Both the position numbers and the translations under genes were made by a program. A stretch of DNA of 64,000 nucleotides, taken from the NCBI RefSeq assembly GCF_003918875.1, contig NW_025764892.1, forward strand, positions 2,666,001 through 2,730,000, written 5' to 3'. Shown here piece after piece: positions 50,023-62,989 of the stretch; the first letter of the stretch is position 1; each line of letters starts with the position of its first letter. This DNA comes from Haliotis rubra (lineage: Eukaryota). The notes below the pieces were generated by a model. It was not told where the DNA came from. It ran no database searches and worked only from the letters and a program-made list of their open reading frames with translations.

Positions 50023-50282
50023 TTATCTGTAGCAACATAAATTATCTAAAGACATTAAGTACAATCCTCTCCGCTGTATTAAAGCTAAGACGTAAACCCA
50101 CCATTACAATTAATTGACCTTTTATTTCAATCGTTATCCTACATCTAGCATGTATGTGTTATTTACACTTGCATTTTGTTTGTATTATGGGCCAATGGTC
50201 TACATTACTGAAATAAAATGTCTGTCTGTCTGTCATGTTTCAATAGAAATATATGTCTTCTTGTCCTCGTCAGTGGAAGAGA

Positions 50283-50439
50283 CTATGGGGTAGCCTTGCG
50301 GTTAAAGCGTTCGCTCGTCACGCCGAGGACCCCGGTTCGATTCCCGGCATGGGTAGAATGTGTGAAGTCCATTTTGGTGCCCGCCGGGATATTGCTGGAA
50401 TATTGCTAAAAGTGGCGTAAAACCGTACTCACTCACTCA
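50283..50439 (+). mobile_element. SINE family A
   Basis: Consensus match with deletions. Confidence 0.8.
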
Positions 50440-51346
50440 GTCAGTGGTATTAGAACTCGACGTGCAGCAGAACATTTAGGAGACACAGCGACAAATAATA
50501 GACACAGGGCCACCCGTGCCTCCCATAAGAAAAAGACCCTTGTAGTCACATAGGCGGAGAATTAAGGCTAGGCACAGCGAATCAGTTTACAGTATTCCAC
50601 CTGTATGTAAAAGGTAAATACCAAAAGCGATTCGCGTTAGATAAGCTTGTTTAAGACTAGCCCAAGTCGTTTGATATGATTTGGTTTATATTTTTAACGC
50701 CATAATGACCTATTTATTGCTTCAAGGCAGGTGAACGTAACGCAGCCTGTTTCAAACGTCAGCCATTACGCCAAATTTATTCTTTAGAAGATGGCGATGA
50801 TACACGAGAACAGCCAGTTAAAAGACCGTGATATTTTTCACGCTTAAACATTAACTTGACAGTACATATTCTGAACTTCAAACACATTCATGACTCTTAT
50901 CTTCCCAGGCAACTCTCAACGGTACCCGTCTCCCTACAGACAACCCTTGTGTGATATTACGGGGACAAAAGTCAGTGTTACACAGGGACCAGCGCAACTA
51001 CTCGAGCAGAAGCCCGCATTTTGCTTTTAATCAGCCTCTGAAAGGTGGGGTCATGGCGCTAGCCCTTCTGATTCATATTCAAAATCGCCCGTGTGAGCAC
51101 CCCCGTAATGATACCCCTTTGGTTTAGGGAGAACAAGGAGTAGGGACTTAAGACGGGGGCTGTGATCGTATCTGGATAGCTGGGGTCAGGGGTCAAGACG
51201 ACAAGAGCCATAGCGACAAAACACCTTGTGGTGATAGATAACGTGTTTTATTTACCTGATGCAAGGGGAGGTAACTTGTGCGACAATTTGGCCAAAACGT
51301 CAGCTTCAGATGTATGGATGGCCTGATATCCTTCCATAAGGGTCGA

Positions 51347-51496
51347 GGGCGGTGGGGTAGCCTAGTGGTTAAAGCGTTCGCTCGTCACGCCGAAGATTCC
51401 TTACATGGGTACAATATGTGAAGCCCATTTCTAGTGTTCCCCGCTGTGATATTGTTGGAATATTGCTATGAGTGGCGTAAAACTAAGCTCACTTAC
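51347..51496 (+). mobile_element. SINE family A (B-box deleted)
   Basis: 14-bp TSD TCCATAAGGGTCGA. Confidence 0.9.
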
Positions 51497-51723
51497 TCCA
51501 TAAGGGTCGAATAGCCTATTCCCTTCCACTACTTTACCCACCTGGACTTGAGATGAAGGAGAACAGTGAAATAGTCTGTCTGTTTAATATTTAGATGTAT
51601 GCATCAAGATTCAGAATGACAAAATGTCTTCACAAAACCGTATGACGAGATGGCTGACTTCAAATTTCCAATAGTCAACTTGCCCGTCATGTTGAGCAAT
51701 ATTCCAACAGCTCCAGCCTCTGG

Positions 51724-51901
51724 CAGTGGCGGATCCAGAGGTGGGGTTCAGGGGGTTCGAACCCACCCCACCCCGACCCCTTTTTGAAAATGACTTAAGA
51801 TCACATTGAAGAATTTTTTCTGCGTTGGTGGAGCGAATGGGGGGTTCGAGGGGTTCGAACCCCCTGAACCCCTCCTTTGAAAATTCCTGGATCCGCCCAT
51901 G
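51724..51901. mobile_element. hAT-like MITE with 5-bp TSD
   Basis: TIR CAGTGGCGGATCCAG / CTGGATCCGCCCATG; internal GGGGTTCGAACCC palindromes; TSD TCTGG. Confidence 0.7.
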
Positions 51902-52324
51902 TCTGGTGTCTACTTTTCACAATCCTTATGGCAGAAGCGAGCATGCTGACAAACAGCATCATACGACTCCTCCCCAACAATCATTTGATCACATTTACAA
52001 TATTCAAGACCCAAGTAAAACAGAGACTTCGTATCAATGTGAGAAGCTTTGTCCCGTCTATTGAGCTGAAGCAAGGGGAGATAATGTCTGTTACTTATCC
52101 AACGTAAGGGGAGATAACGCGTATTACCAGATGCAAGGAGTAATAACACGTGAGATGTATACTTGATGCAAAAATATCTTAATCTGAAGAAATGGGATTT
52201 GAACCAACAACAAGTAGATTTTCTGCTCGACTTTTTGGCTCATTGTGACTTATCACGTGGAACCTTTGATTGTGCTGTCTACCACACAGCATCTTTATTA
52301 ACTTTGGTCTTGTAAATCACCTAC

Positions 52325-52656
52325 GGGCTGTGTGGTAGCCTAGTGGTTAAAGCGTTCGCTCGTCACGCCGAAAACCCGCGTTCGATTCCCCACATGGGTA
52401 CAATGTGTGAAGCCCATTTCTGCTGTTCCCCGTCGTGATATTGCTGGAATATTGCTAAAGGCGGCGCAAAACTAAACTCACTCACCCACTCGTTGTTTGT
52501 TGTTGTTTTTGGCTGTCACCAAAGTGTATTGGCAGTATAACCAGGTCGAAAAACTTTCGAACAAAAGAAATCGTGTTAAATGGTGCCTAAGATATATACG
52601 AACAAAGAAATGGTCTGGAATATTGCTAAAAGCGGTGTAAAACCATACTCACTCAC
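52325..52656 (+). mobile_element. Chimeric SINE A: full SINE + captured ~125-bp flank + second tail
   Basis: One 12-bp TSD TAAATCACCTAC (52313-52324 / 52657-52668) encloses the composite; the insert matches 60835-60981. Confidence 0.85.
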
Positions 52657-53257
52657 TAAATCACCTACAAGTATTCTGTGATCTTGTCGGTAATCAAAAT
52701 GAGAGAAGTTTACACTGGTACAAACTTGACCTTGCATAGTTACTGTAACAACAAAACGGGTCACATTGTAACCACATCGTGCCCACGAATTTCATCCCAA
52801 TCTCATCGGCAACGTGTTGTAGTGAAACGCCTCACATTTCGAAGGTTGAGTCGCTGAACGCTTCACTTCCCTGAAGGAATCACTGACAGGTGTGAGTACG
52901 CTACTCGGCCAAACGATCATCAAAGGGAAGTTACTCTCCAACTTTATCGGTTGCGTTAATTTCTCACTGACGCGGCCAGATGTTTGGTGCCATTAAGACG
53001 AAAGTATCTCGGCATCTTTGATTTCAGGCGTGGTATTAATAACTACGGCCGCTATAGGAACTGACATCATCGACCACAACATCCTGACCGCAATTACTGC
53101 CGAGGTCTGTCGGACGCCTGTGCCAAATCTCAATGACGTTCTTCGTCGGTGTTGCAATCCTACCCATCCTGTGTTCGAATTTCTGTAACTTCATCACTCC
53201 ATTATGTTTCTTCTACCTTTTATCGACATCGATCGAAGATATTCACCATTTACGCCA

Positions 53258-53411
53258 TGAGTGAGTGAGTGTTACGCCGATTTTAGCAATATTCCAGCAA
53301 TATCACGGGACACCAGAAATGGGTTGCACCCATTGCACCCATGTGGAGAATCGAACCCGGACCTTCGGCGTGACGACCGAACGCTTTAACCACTAGGCTA
53401 CCCCACCGCCC
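53258..53411 (-). mobile_element. SINE family A
   Basis: Consensus match; TSD TTACGC(C/T)ATGA. Confidence 0.85.
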
Positions 53412-54215
53412 GATTACGCTATGACTCACTATGGTCCGTTACACAAAATACATATTCAGTCCAGAGAAAAATATGCAAAACTATATTCCACATATAAAAT
53501 CAGCCTTTGAAACAATACATTAAAGGATAGAAAGTTACAGTGTGATGGAAGATTTCATAGAGGGTATGCTAGTCTGGAGCGGTACACGCGCCACATGGTG
53601 TTGACAGATACAAGGTCGTCATCAATAGACGGATGTATTCCATTCAGAACATACGATTGTAACACTAATCATATATTTGACTTGGTTGTCGTGTACATTT
53701 CATCGACTTGAGACGAGGCATTGCGTTTACCCACTGAATCTGCATAAACATAAGAAAAATAGTAAGCAAAATATTTAGAAACCTTTATGTTTTAGCAGAA
53801 GTTATCAGATGACATCAACACGTATGTGTAGTGGAATACTAACAGCATCAAATGTATGGGTGAAGCTTAACCTTTTAAAAAGGACGATTTTTAGAGGTTT
53901 TCAGGAAGCTCTAAAATTTGATTATGATAAAGTCTTTGGCTTAGTCTGATTTTAAGAGGAGATAAAGGCAGTATAAACATATGGTGCAAATTAAATTTGG
54001 GCTCATGGACTAATTCAACGTAAGAGTTTATCTTGAACTACGGAAGTTTCTTTTTTTTTTTTCCTATTTCAGTCCAACATTCGTTCACACGAATCCGAAG
54101 TCCAGTAATGAAACTATATTAACATTTTACCATCAAACGACCCTATGAATAACACTTTATCATTTACATCTGAACATTCGGGTTCCTGCGGTTATTACAC
54201 CCATTTACCAGCCTG

Positions 54216-54432
54216 AATCCCGATCCACAAAGCGTTCGTAACTATACGACCTGTCGTAGCTCTATAGTTTATCATAAGCTTACGAATGTCGTAGCCCTAC
54301 GAACGCTTTGTGGATCGGCACTCAGGGTAACGATCCACAAAGCGTTCGTAACTATACGACCTGTCGTAACTCTGTAGTTTATCATAGGCTTACGATTGTC
54401 GTAGCCCTACGAATGATTTGTGGATCGGGGCC
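54216..54432. mobile_element. Tandem pair of PIF/Harbinger-like palindromic MITEs (~107 bp each)
   Basis: Arms CGATCCACAAAGCGTTCGTA / TACGAACGCTTTGTGGATCG; CTG, CAG, CTG at the three junctions. Confidence 0.7.
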
Positions 54433-54722
54433 CTGGTAATACAGAACGTTATACTAAGCCCTACACAGTCGTTAAGCTGTGTGTCTCCCAGACCCGGGAA
54501 ACTGTACTGAAAGGGTGTCCAGCTTAAGTCTAGACTGATTGGGAAAGTTTAGATTGCTTATGGGCTGAAACTGGGATTTGTTCTTGGCTCTTCATTCATT
54601 TTATCTATATTTTTTCTTTAAAAAGATATTTTCGAATAAGATAACTGTATTCCTGACACTAACTGTTATTCAAACGTTATTCAAACATCCGAGTCAATGA
54701 ACAGAGTCTGTTAGTTCTATGG

Positions 54723-54916
54723 TAGACTAACGATTAGCCTCTGAATATATATAATTTTGTTAGAAATAGTTTTTTCTATTTAAATTAAAAAAGGAACCCC
54801 AGCAAGATGAAAAATTCAGCAGATGCGAAAGCTAGACTTGCTTCATTCTGGGCTTTCGCATTGCAGAGTTGGCTGGGTGGAAGGGAAAATAATGTGGTTC
54901 ACGGCGAGACAGACTA
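54723..54916. mobile_element. AcademH-like MITE (opposite orientation to 35.5 kb copy)
   Basis: TAGACTAACG...GAGACAGACTA; degenerate 9-bp TSD GTTCTATGG/GTTCGTTGG. Confidence 0.7.
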
Positions 54917-55327
54917 GTTCGTTGGTTCCAGCCGTTGGTTTCCCTATATCCCAAAATATTTTGGTTTTATTCTTGACACTATTCTATACTACCTTATATT
55001 CAAGATTACCAAAGCAAGCCAGATCGGCTTCCTTATACGGCTATACACATATGGCCCTACCTTAGTGCTGGAATGTCCATCTGGCAGGGATATAGAACCA
55101 TCTGTATCCGCAGTCACCATGAAGTGTGCAACCAGCGTGTACTGAACCCCATAGTGTTACCTGGCCAATTAGCGCTCCAATAGATCCTTCAGACAAACTG
55201 GGTATTTTCTAGATGAAAATCCCACCTTGTTCTGGACATAAATAAGTTAAACAAGAAATAGATCACTAGCATATCACCATCCCTGTCTCTGGCATAAACA
55301 CACTAAACTGTACTCCATCCCGATAAT

Positions 55328-55329
<2 letters not shown>

Positions 55330-55400
<71 letters not shown>
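55330..55400. repeat. (CT)n microsatellite, ~35 units
   Basis: Perfect dinucleotide run. Confidence 0.95.
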
Positions 55401-55403
<3 letters not shown>

Positions 55404-57677
55404 GTTCCCCAAGCTTCTTTCTTTCAAGCTAGGCAGTCTTGGCATGCGGGAATTTTCATTCAGATCCAAAGTCGATATTTTATAGCTTCATATCACAAGA
55501 GATTACGCCAAGAATTCTTTTTCTCCAGGGTGGGGTGTCAGTTTAGTTTAACGCCGCTTTCAACAATATTTCAATTATATCATGGCGCGTCCACCTGAGT
55601 GTAGACGGAAGGCCTGAAGCTACAGCAGGTCTTTGAAGTTTACCACTTTAGTGAAACCAACGAACAAGGGAATGAAGATGAACATGGAAACACAATCTGG
55701 GCGAACCGGGTTACAAAAACTTTCCAGGTTCTCTCATACCTATATAATTAAATTATTTTAACGGTTCTTGGCCTTAAACAAACATGAACTATTTTAAAGG
55801 GTCTTTAGCCCCATACTTTTATAAAGTAACATTTTACAACACTGACCCATCGATATAACACGTTTCATATCGGTAAAGCGGGACATGCTTACCCTCTTCA
55901 CGAACACATGGTGTCATCACGGATTTCCAGTGACCAATTCATACATATGTATACAGTTATTGTGCCCCCCGGTAACAAATGGAATCTGTTTCTAGGAATG
56001 GTCAGAGCTGGATGTCCTTTTGCGCTATAACGTTTTGTGTGTTTGAGGATTCATTTGACTGTGCTACTTTCATATATATCAGTAATCCCCAATGTTACCT
56101 TGCATTGTCAGAGCTGTTACTTGTAATACGAACATGTTTGTAAGGAGTTTGGTACTGTGGCTGTATTTCCATTAAATGGTCGAACTATTCCTTGTTTTCG
56201 GTATTACATGTTTCAACGCAGCTTTTCATGAGTGGCCCGTCAATACAGCAGATTTCAACAAGATCTTTGATACATGTTTGAAGGTTCAGCGTTCATTGAA
56301 CCATCTTTCCATTGTTGTCTTGCAATGTCAGAGATGTTGTGGTTAACACGAACGCATTTGTGAGGATTCTAGAACTACCAAAGGCCTGATTTCCCTTGAA
56401 TAGCCCAGTTTATCCCTCAAGCTACCAGCATAGCTAGGATTCGAAAGACTGTTGAAGAGCTGTGTCCAAATCCTTTCAACGTCATTCGCGGACATCGCTC
56501 GATAGGACCAGAGACGTCACGAACGCTGGCAAAAGATCAGAAACATATCAAATTTCCTCAAACGCGAATGTTACTTCACCTATCGTTTGTTCTGGCATGA
56601 TCTGCGATGTTCTGCATTTCACATGAATGTCCGAACAAAGTGGACCCGTGAACAGGCATGAGCGGAGCTGACAGAAGGATTAGCTTGGGAAAAGTCTGGC
56701 TCGCGCTTGTTGCACGAGCCACGTGCTGGCTAAAATGTGTCGTCTGCTTCAATCTCCGTACAAATATTTGCAAGAGGGACCTGCCCAAACCTGGATTTTC
56801 GCCATACTTCGTGGTCCTTGCACCGAGCGCGGGTTCATTTCTTATCCCAAATGAAAAGCGGGATTTATAATTAGTTTGTAGGTAAATAGTTGCGGTAAAC
56901 CACGTTTCTCGGTCGAGCCAATTTCTCAATGAACGTTACGGGTCCTTGATCAATAGGAACAGAAAACAAGCCTTATAAAGTTAACTGCCTGGACGCGGAG
57001 ACACTTCTCAGGTTCGTTCTCTTTCCATGTGGCTGGCTTTTCATATTACTGCATAGATCGCGGCTCATAAAAAGATATATTTGCCAGATCAATGAGTATC
57101 TGGCGACGACATTGAACTTCACTATGGGGAACGTACCAGATGGAGCTCCTGGGTGTAAATCAAATATATATAGCTCAGGTTGAGTCATTAGCCTTCGTGA
57201 GGTGTTTGAAGTAAGGTATGTCGAAACGGATGGCCGTTAGTATTGAGACCCTTTGGTGGTAATCTTTGATTCTACATAGACCAAGCATAACCAATTACAG
57301 ATCCTGCCCCAAAGGACAAATGTTATGTCAGTTGTTTCTCGTGTATTGTAAAGGATATTTGTCGATGGGATTAGAGGTGGATTTGACATTAGGCAGAAGC
57401 ATGAAAAGCAAATCGCTGCTAGAATGTATTTACTTGTATTGTTTGAAATAACCTCAATGGCGATTGGTTGAAGCGCTGAACGAATTGGTCCTTGTTTGAT
57501 TTCAAATCATTAGTGTCCTCCGCCATGATACTGTAAGGCAATTCAAAAATCATTTTTAAATCATTTCGACATCTATATTAAATAGTAGCAATCTATTATG
57601 GTGAAGGCAGGATGAGAGTGAACTAACAGATGGTTGATATGCATGTTGAATCGCAAGTATAATCCGATTCTGATTCT

Positions 57678-57905
57678 GGTTGTTGTTTTACGCCGCACTC
57701 AGCAATATGCCAGCTGTATGACGGCGGTCTGTAAATAATCGAGTCTGGACCAGACAATCTAGTGATCTACATCAGGAGCATCGATCTACGCAATTGGGAC
57801 ATGATGACGTGGAAACCAGGTCAGCGAGCCTGACCACCCGATCCCGTTATACGCCTCTTACAACAAGCATGGATTGCTGAAGACCAGTTCTAACCGGATC
57901 TATCA
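57678..57905 (-). mobile_element. Retroposon family B
   Basis: Near full-length match. Confidence 0.85.
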
Positions 57906-59249
57906 CAAAGAAGGATATTCGAGCTGCTTGTACGATGCTTGAAGCTGAATTTTGCAACTTCATCGCGATGTTCTGCCAGTTGTTTCCATAAATATGAAAT
58001 GTCAACGCCAGAGAAAATCAGTCTCGATTATCTGACGAAACAGATTCAGTTGGGTAAAAACATGGGTGAACATTATTTTTCTGGATGACTGGAAATCGGT
58101 GAGTGAGTATGGCTTTAAGCCGCTTTTAGCTGGAACTATAAACGCCAAGTTAAATTATAATTGGAAGCATAAATAGAAGCACTTCAGAAATATGTTCGTT
58201 TTGCAACACAGCAGAAGGATGACCTTGAAAACAAAACAAGACTTTCCGAATCCTACCACATTCCGGTAGCCATATGAATTATATTTTAAACAACGGTGTG
58301 AGATTTCAGAGGTTATTGTAATGTCAAGGTCAGCTATAAACTCTAATGTGGGCAATCCTTTTTAAGATATGTATGTACATGCCTCACCACTACCTCCACT
58401 ATAAACACTCGGGCAAAATAAATGTATAAACACTTGTTTGAAAAGGGCTAAAAGTGAAACAAGCACAGTCGGTGGTGCTATATTTGATACGATGTCACAT
58501 AAATAATACCCATGTGTATCGCACAACAGGTCACATGACGTCTTAAGGAACGTAGGGTTCGCAACTTTACAGAGTAATGAGCAGAGTACAGCAAATAATG
58601 TCATGATCATGTTGAAAATATTTCTGTCCCCCTTCAGTTTATACTTTGATTTGATTAATAGTTTCGTCAGTATATGATATCGGAACAAAGAAAGTATGGG
58701 TAAATTTTGTTGTGGCGAAGTTGGTGACACACAACCTCTGATCACACTATACAACTCCACACATCAAGAATGTGTTGTTCAGAAACAACATGTGTTCATA
58801 ACAGCGACCCGCCCTCTAATTCCTTTCCTCATAAACACTTGGTTGGCGTGTGTAACACACACTATTTCGAACGTAAACCGACAAACCTTCTAATCACACC
58901 AAACTGAAGAGATGTGACTGAAAATTGTTAAAGGCATCGTCAAACAACCAATTGTAAACACACAGTTTGTTGTTTAACGTCGCTCGCGGTAATAGTCAAG
59001 CTGTACGAGCGCCGGCTGTGAATAATCGAGTATGAACCAAGCGATCCGGTGATTGATATAATGAGCAGCGATCACACGTAGTATTGCTGGGTGGTGAGTG
59101 CGGCGTAGAATCAAACACACATACACACTATCGTAAATCACAGAGTCAATGTGCGACACAATGTTTGAGGCAAGAAACCCGGAGGTATCAATAATAAGAA
59201 ATGTATAGTGTAGGATACCTTTGAGTGCAATAGCCACCAAGTTTGGGTC

Positions 59250-59390
59250 TGTTTGTTTGTTTATTTGTTTATATGTTTGATGTTTAACGGTGCCCAAATC
59301 AACATTCCACTATATGACGGCGATCTGTAAGCAATCGAGTCTGGACAAGACGATCAAGGGATTGACATCATGAGCATCGATCTATGTAAT
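59250..59390 (-). mobile_element. Family B 3' half, degraded
   Basis: (TTTG)n tail, AATCGAGTCTGGAC and CATGAGCATCGATCT cores. Confidence 0.65.
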
Positions 59391-59771
59391 GGTGTCTCCA
59401 AATCTGTCTCATGTTCAGACATATTAATTCTCCTCTCGTCCAGGTCCTACTGCCATGATACAACCCTTAATGAAGCATGACTAGACTTTCCGGATGTTCT
59501 AAATCCTCCGATCGCACTGGGAATCCTTTTCAAATCACATGACCTTGTGCCTCGGTCTACACTGAGTTCAGCAATCCCCCCTGCCCCCAGCCCACAAGGT
59601 GCGTGTTACGAGCACCGCCCAGGATCTGGTGAAACAAAACCTACAACAACAAGGCTCACAAGACTACAATGGGGCAGTCATGGACCTACTCTGTGTTACA
59701 GTCACTGGACCATATTATTTCCCCTTCCGCTCAGCCCTCTCTGTAAAGCAAAAGCCTTGTCTTTCAATCAG

Positions 59772-59921
59772 GGGGCGGTGGGGTAGCCAAGTGGTTAAAG
59801 CGTCCGCTCGTCACGCCGAAGACAAGGGTTCGATTCCCCACATGGGTACAACGTGTAAAGCTCATTTCTAGTATCCTAGCCATGATATTGCTGGAATATT
59901 GCTAAAACCATACTCACTCAC
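59772..59921 (+). mobile_element. SINE family A
   Basis: 12-bp TSD TCTTTCAATCAG. Confidence 0.9.
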
Positions 59922-60668
59922 TCTTTCAATCAGAGCTTGAAACGAATACAGCCCCTGTAAGTCTAGGATATGTGGCAAGTCTAGATTACCGTAGTTTCAG
60001 TTTTTGAAAATTAAAAACGTCTCTGGGTTTTTTTAAAAAATAATTTATGGAGATAATTTGTGAACTAATTATTTCTGTAAAATATGTTCATTTCAGAGAC
60101 TAGTCGTCCGTCTATGGGACTTCTTTTCAATATAAATAGAGTTATTTGTTTCTGTGAAAGTTATATATTTACAGAGACTAAGCTTTGGGTCTGCCTGGGC
60201 CCATGTGAGAATCATTTCCACGTAAACTAATGGTAAAATAAACTTCGGTCAATTGTCCGCATGGTATTTGTTCCGCTGAGTCAAACAGCTGTTAAGTATA
60301 TACTAGATCAGCATGAGGAATTAATAAGGGCAGCCCTAAGAATAACCCTGTAACGTGGGGCATGTTTGGTTTGGGGATAGGTATCTAAAGGAAACTTGGT
60401 GTTTTAGCTTATCTATATATCTGTTGTTTGCAGAGCTGTCTAGTTTTGCACAACGAACTAATTAATGCAGATCTTCAAATCCCTCAATCAGTTTTATAAA
60501 AAATAAATAAAAATCCCTTATTTGAAATACGAACCAGTTAAAATGTATAGTTTACCCCAAAAAGAATCGAATATTACTGGATACGAAGAACTTTACGATT
60601 TCTCAATGAACCGCAACAAGGACAAAATACAGCAAATACGTAAATTTTGTAGGATTAATATTGCATTA

Positions 60669-60834
60669 GGGAAAGTGGGGTAGCCTCCTGGTTAAAGCGA
60701 TCGCTCATCACGCCGAACACCCGAGTTCGATTCCCCACATGGGTACAATGTGTGAAGCCCATTTCTGCTGTCCCCCGCGGTGATATTGCTGGAATATTGC
60801 TAAGAGCGACGTAAAACTAAACTCACTCATTTAC
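60669..60834 (+). mobile_element. SINE family A (putative donor of the 52.3 kb chimera)
   Basis: Consensus match; shares variant CCCATTTCTGCTGT with the 52.3 kb copy. Confidence 0.85.
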
Positions 60835-61865
60835 TCGTTGTTTGTAGTTGTTTTTGTTTTGTTTTTGACTATGTCACCAAAGTGTATTGGCAGTATAACC
60901 AGGTCGAAAAACCTTCGAACAAAAGAAAGTGTACAATAGTGTTAAATGGTGCCTAAGATATGTACGAACAAAGAAATGGTCATTCAATGATGATGTATTT
61001 GATACCGATATCAACAATGTGTCGTGGACCTTATAGGGTACAGTGTTTCGGCCACTGGTTTCAAATAAGCGTCGACTTGAGAACTTTTGCACTTCTTTGG
61101 TCAAATCAAATTTTTAAGTGTGCACTTACTTTTGACCGACAGTGGTCATGTCGACTATTGTCACCAACTAAAATAATGAGAAACCATGGTGAGCTACTGA
61201 ACCTGACAGACTCTGATATTAGTTTCATGTTTGACGTTGAGGCCCATCCTCGACTGTCTAATGAGTCATGTCTCCATGTTATCACAATAAATACCATGGA
61301 CCATGCCCCAGTGTAGCTTTGTTTCAAAACGTCACCATCTCCATATTTTTATTACCGAGCACAGCATTTTTCTCGCTCTTGAGAGTAATCTGATTGGACG
61401 GGTATTTCCAGCGTAGGGTCATTCGAACCAGGCATAAAACGAAGCCATGGTAGGTAACAGGTCTGGTGTGTGTATCACTGCACGATTAACCGAAGGTTAC
61501 TGCAGAGCCTGTTCACTGTTTGTGTTAACATCTTGAGTAACATTGTAAGCTTACGCGATTGAGAGTCAAATGTGGAAAATAGTCCCGTAAAATAGATCTG
61601 ACAAACCATTTCACCAATCTATATTGTACGATTTCCACTATATCGTGTGTTTATGAATCACTCACAGCGATAATACCAGGTTTCTGCAAAATAGCGAGCG
61701 TACTCAGAGCTCCAGGTTATACCCGTCACAAACACATGAAAGGCAAGGCAATAGCTCATCTAAAAAGAGGAATAATTTTGGCCATGCATCAAAAATTGAA
61801 ATGTTCTCCCAATCCCATACCGACCATTAAACGTTTTAAACTGAATATTATGTTGTAAGCCAGAT

Positions 61866-62202
61866 GGGTGTGTGAGTGGGTTTAGTTTTACCCCGATTTC
61901 AGCAATATTTATCATGGTAATTGAAGTGTTTCAGATATAAGGGAATGTGAATGTTATACTCCGCTTTCAGCAATATTCCAGCAATATCTCTATCAAGCCT
62001 TGTAAATATCATCTTTACAATTTTGGAATTTTTTTTGTAAATATGATATTTACAACTTGTAAATATGTAAATCACCATTTTTTTTCTTGTGACAGCGGGG
62101 CCAGAAATAGGCTTCACACATTGTACCCATGTAGGGAATCGAACCTGGGTCTTCTGTGTGACGAGCTAATGCTTTAACCACTTGGCTACCCCATCACCAC
62201 CT
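61866..62202 (-). mobile_element. SINE family A interrupted by an AT-rich insert, with an extra tail
   Basis: Head at ~62090-62202, two tail segments at 61866-61990. Confidence 0.65.
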
Positions 62203-62636
62203 TAATCCAGATGAGTAAACATTTTCAGTAAGAACGGTATAATGAGTCAGCTTAATTTTTTGAGGGAGTGGGTAGATGGGGAAATAGCTCATTGTGTCCC
62301 AAACCCAACCAAGAGTTCCTGGCACTGTCATAGGCCATTGGGCGAGGACATTCGATTAAATCAGCGTATGCATAATGAAAAATATTTTCAAACAACCCCA
62401 AAACACATATATAATAAGATACGCGTTTTCCGTGCTAACAACTTGGCTCTTTAAACAGAAAAAAATGAGTTTATTTACAAGTCCAAGTAAAAAGCTTCAA
62501 CGCCCCTGTGTAGTGGAAGTTAAATTAAACAAAACTCGAAACAAATCCCAACGTGAACTGCGTGGGTTGTACCATGTTAGTGCGAGCCATGCGTCTGGTG
62601 CATGGGAATATAATTATCAACAGTTAGGTATACCTG

Positions 62637-62989
62637 GACCCCGTCAGATATTTACGAAATACGGTCCTCAAAGCGATAGTTTAGGTCTGTGTTAAAGTAT
62701 GGGATACTTGGCGCTACGATCGTTGACACGGGGCCCTGGTCAGAGATTTATGAAATACAGTTTTCACAGTTACACGGCTCATGGCCACTCCAGTCCCATG
62801 ATGTGGGTAACGGAATCGGTCGAGTGAATCCGAACGTCTCCGGGGGCGTTCAGGCCAGTTCAATCATGCCATTCGGGGGCAGGGCCCCGTTCTTCAAAAC
62901 GATTGTAGCGCTACGACAGTCGTAAGTCTATGTTAAAGTATGGGAGTTACCATCATCTTAGCGCCACGATCGCTTTGGGGAACGGGGCC
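62637..62989. mobile_element. Two PIF/Harbinger-like MITEs (62637-62735, 62883-62989)
   Basis: GGCCCCG...CGGGGCC ends with CWG flanks; shared core GTCT(A/G)TGTTAAAGTATGGGA; related to the 54.2 kb pair. Confidence 0.65.

Noticed and set aside
52915-53025. TCF/LEF sites (ATCAAAG/CTTTGAT) as Wnt-feedback enhancers of the DACT-like gene
   Set aside because: Such 7-mers are expected by chance in AT-rich DNA; no enrichment or conservation can be shown here
55266-55598. (ER)n and (SL)n ORFs
   Set aside because: (CT)n microsatellite
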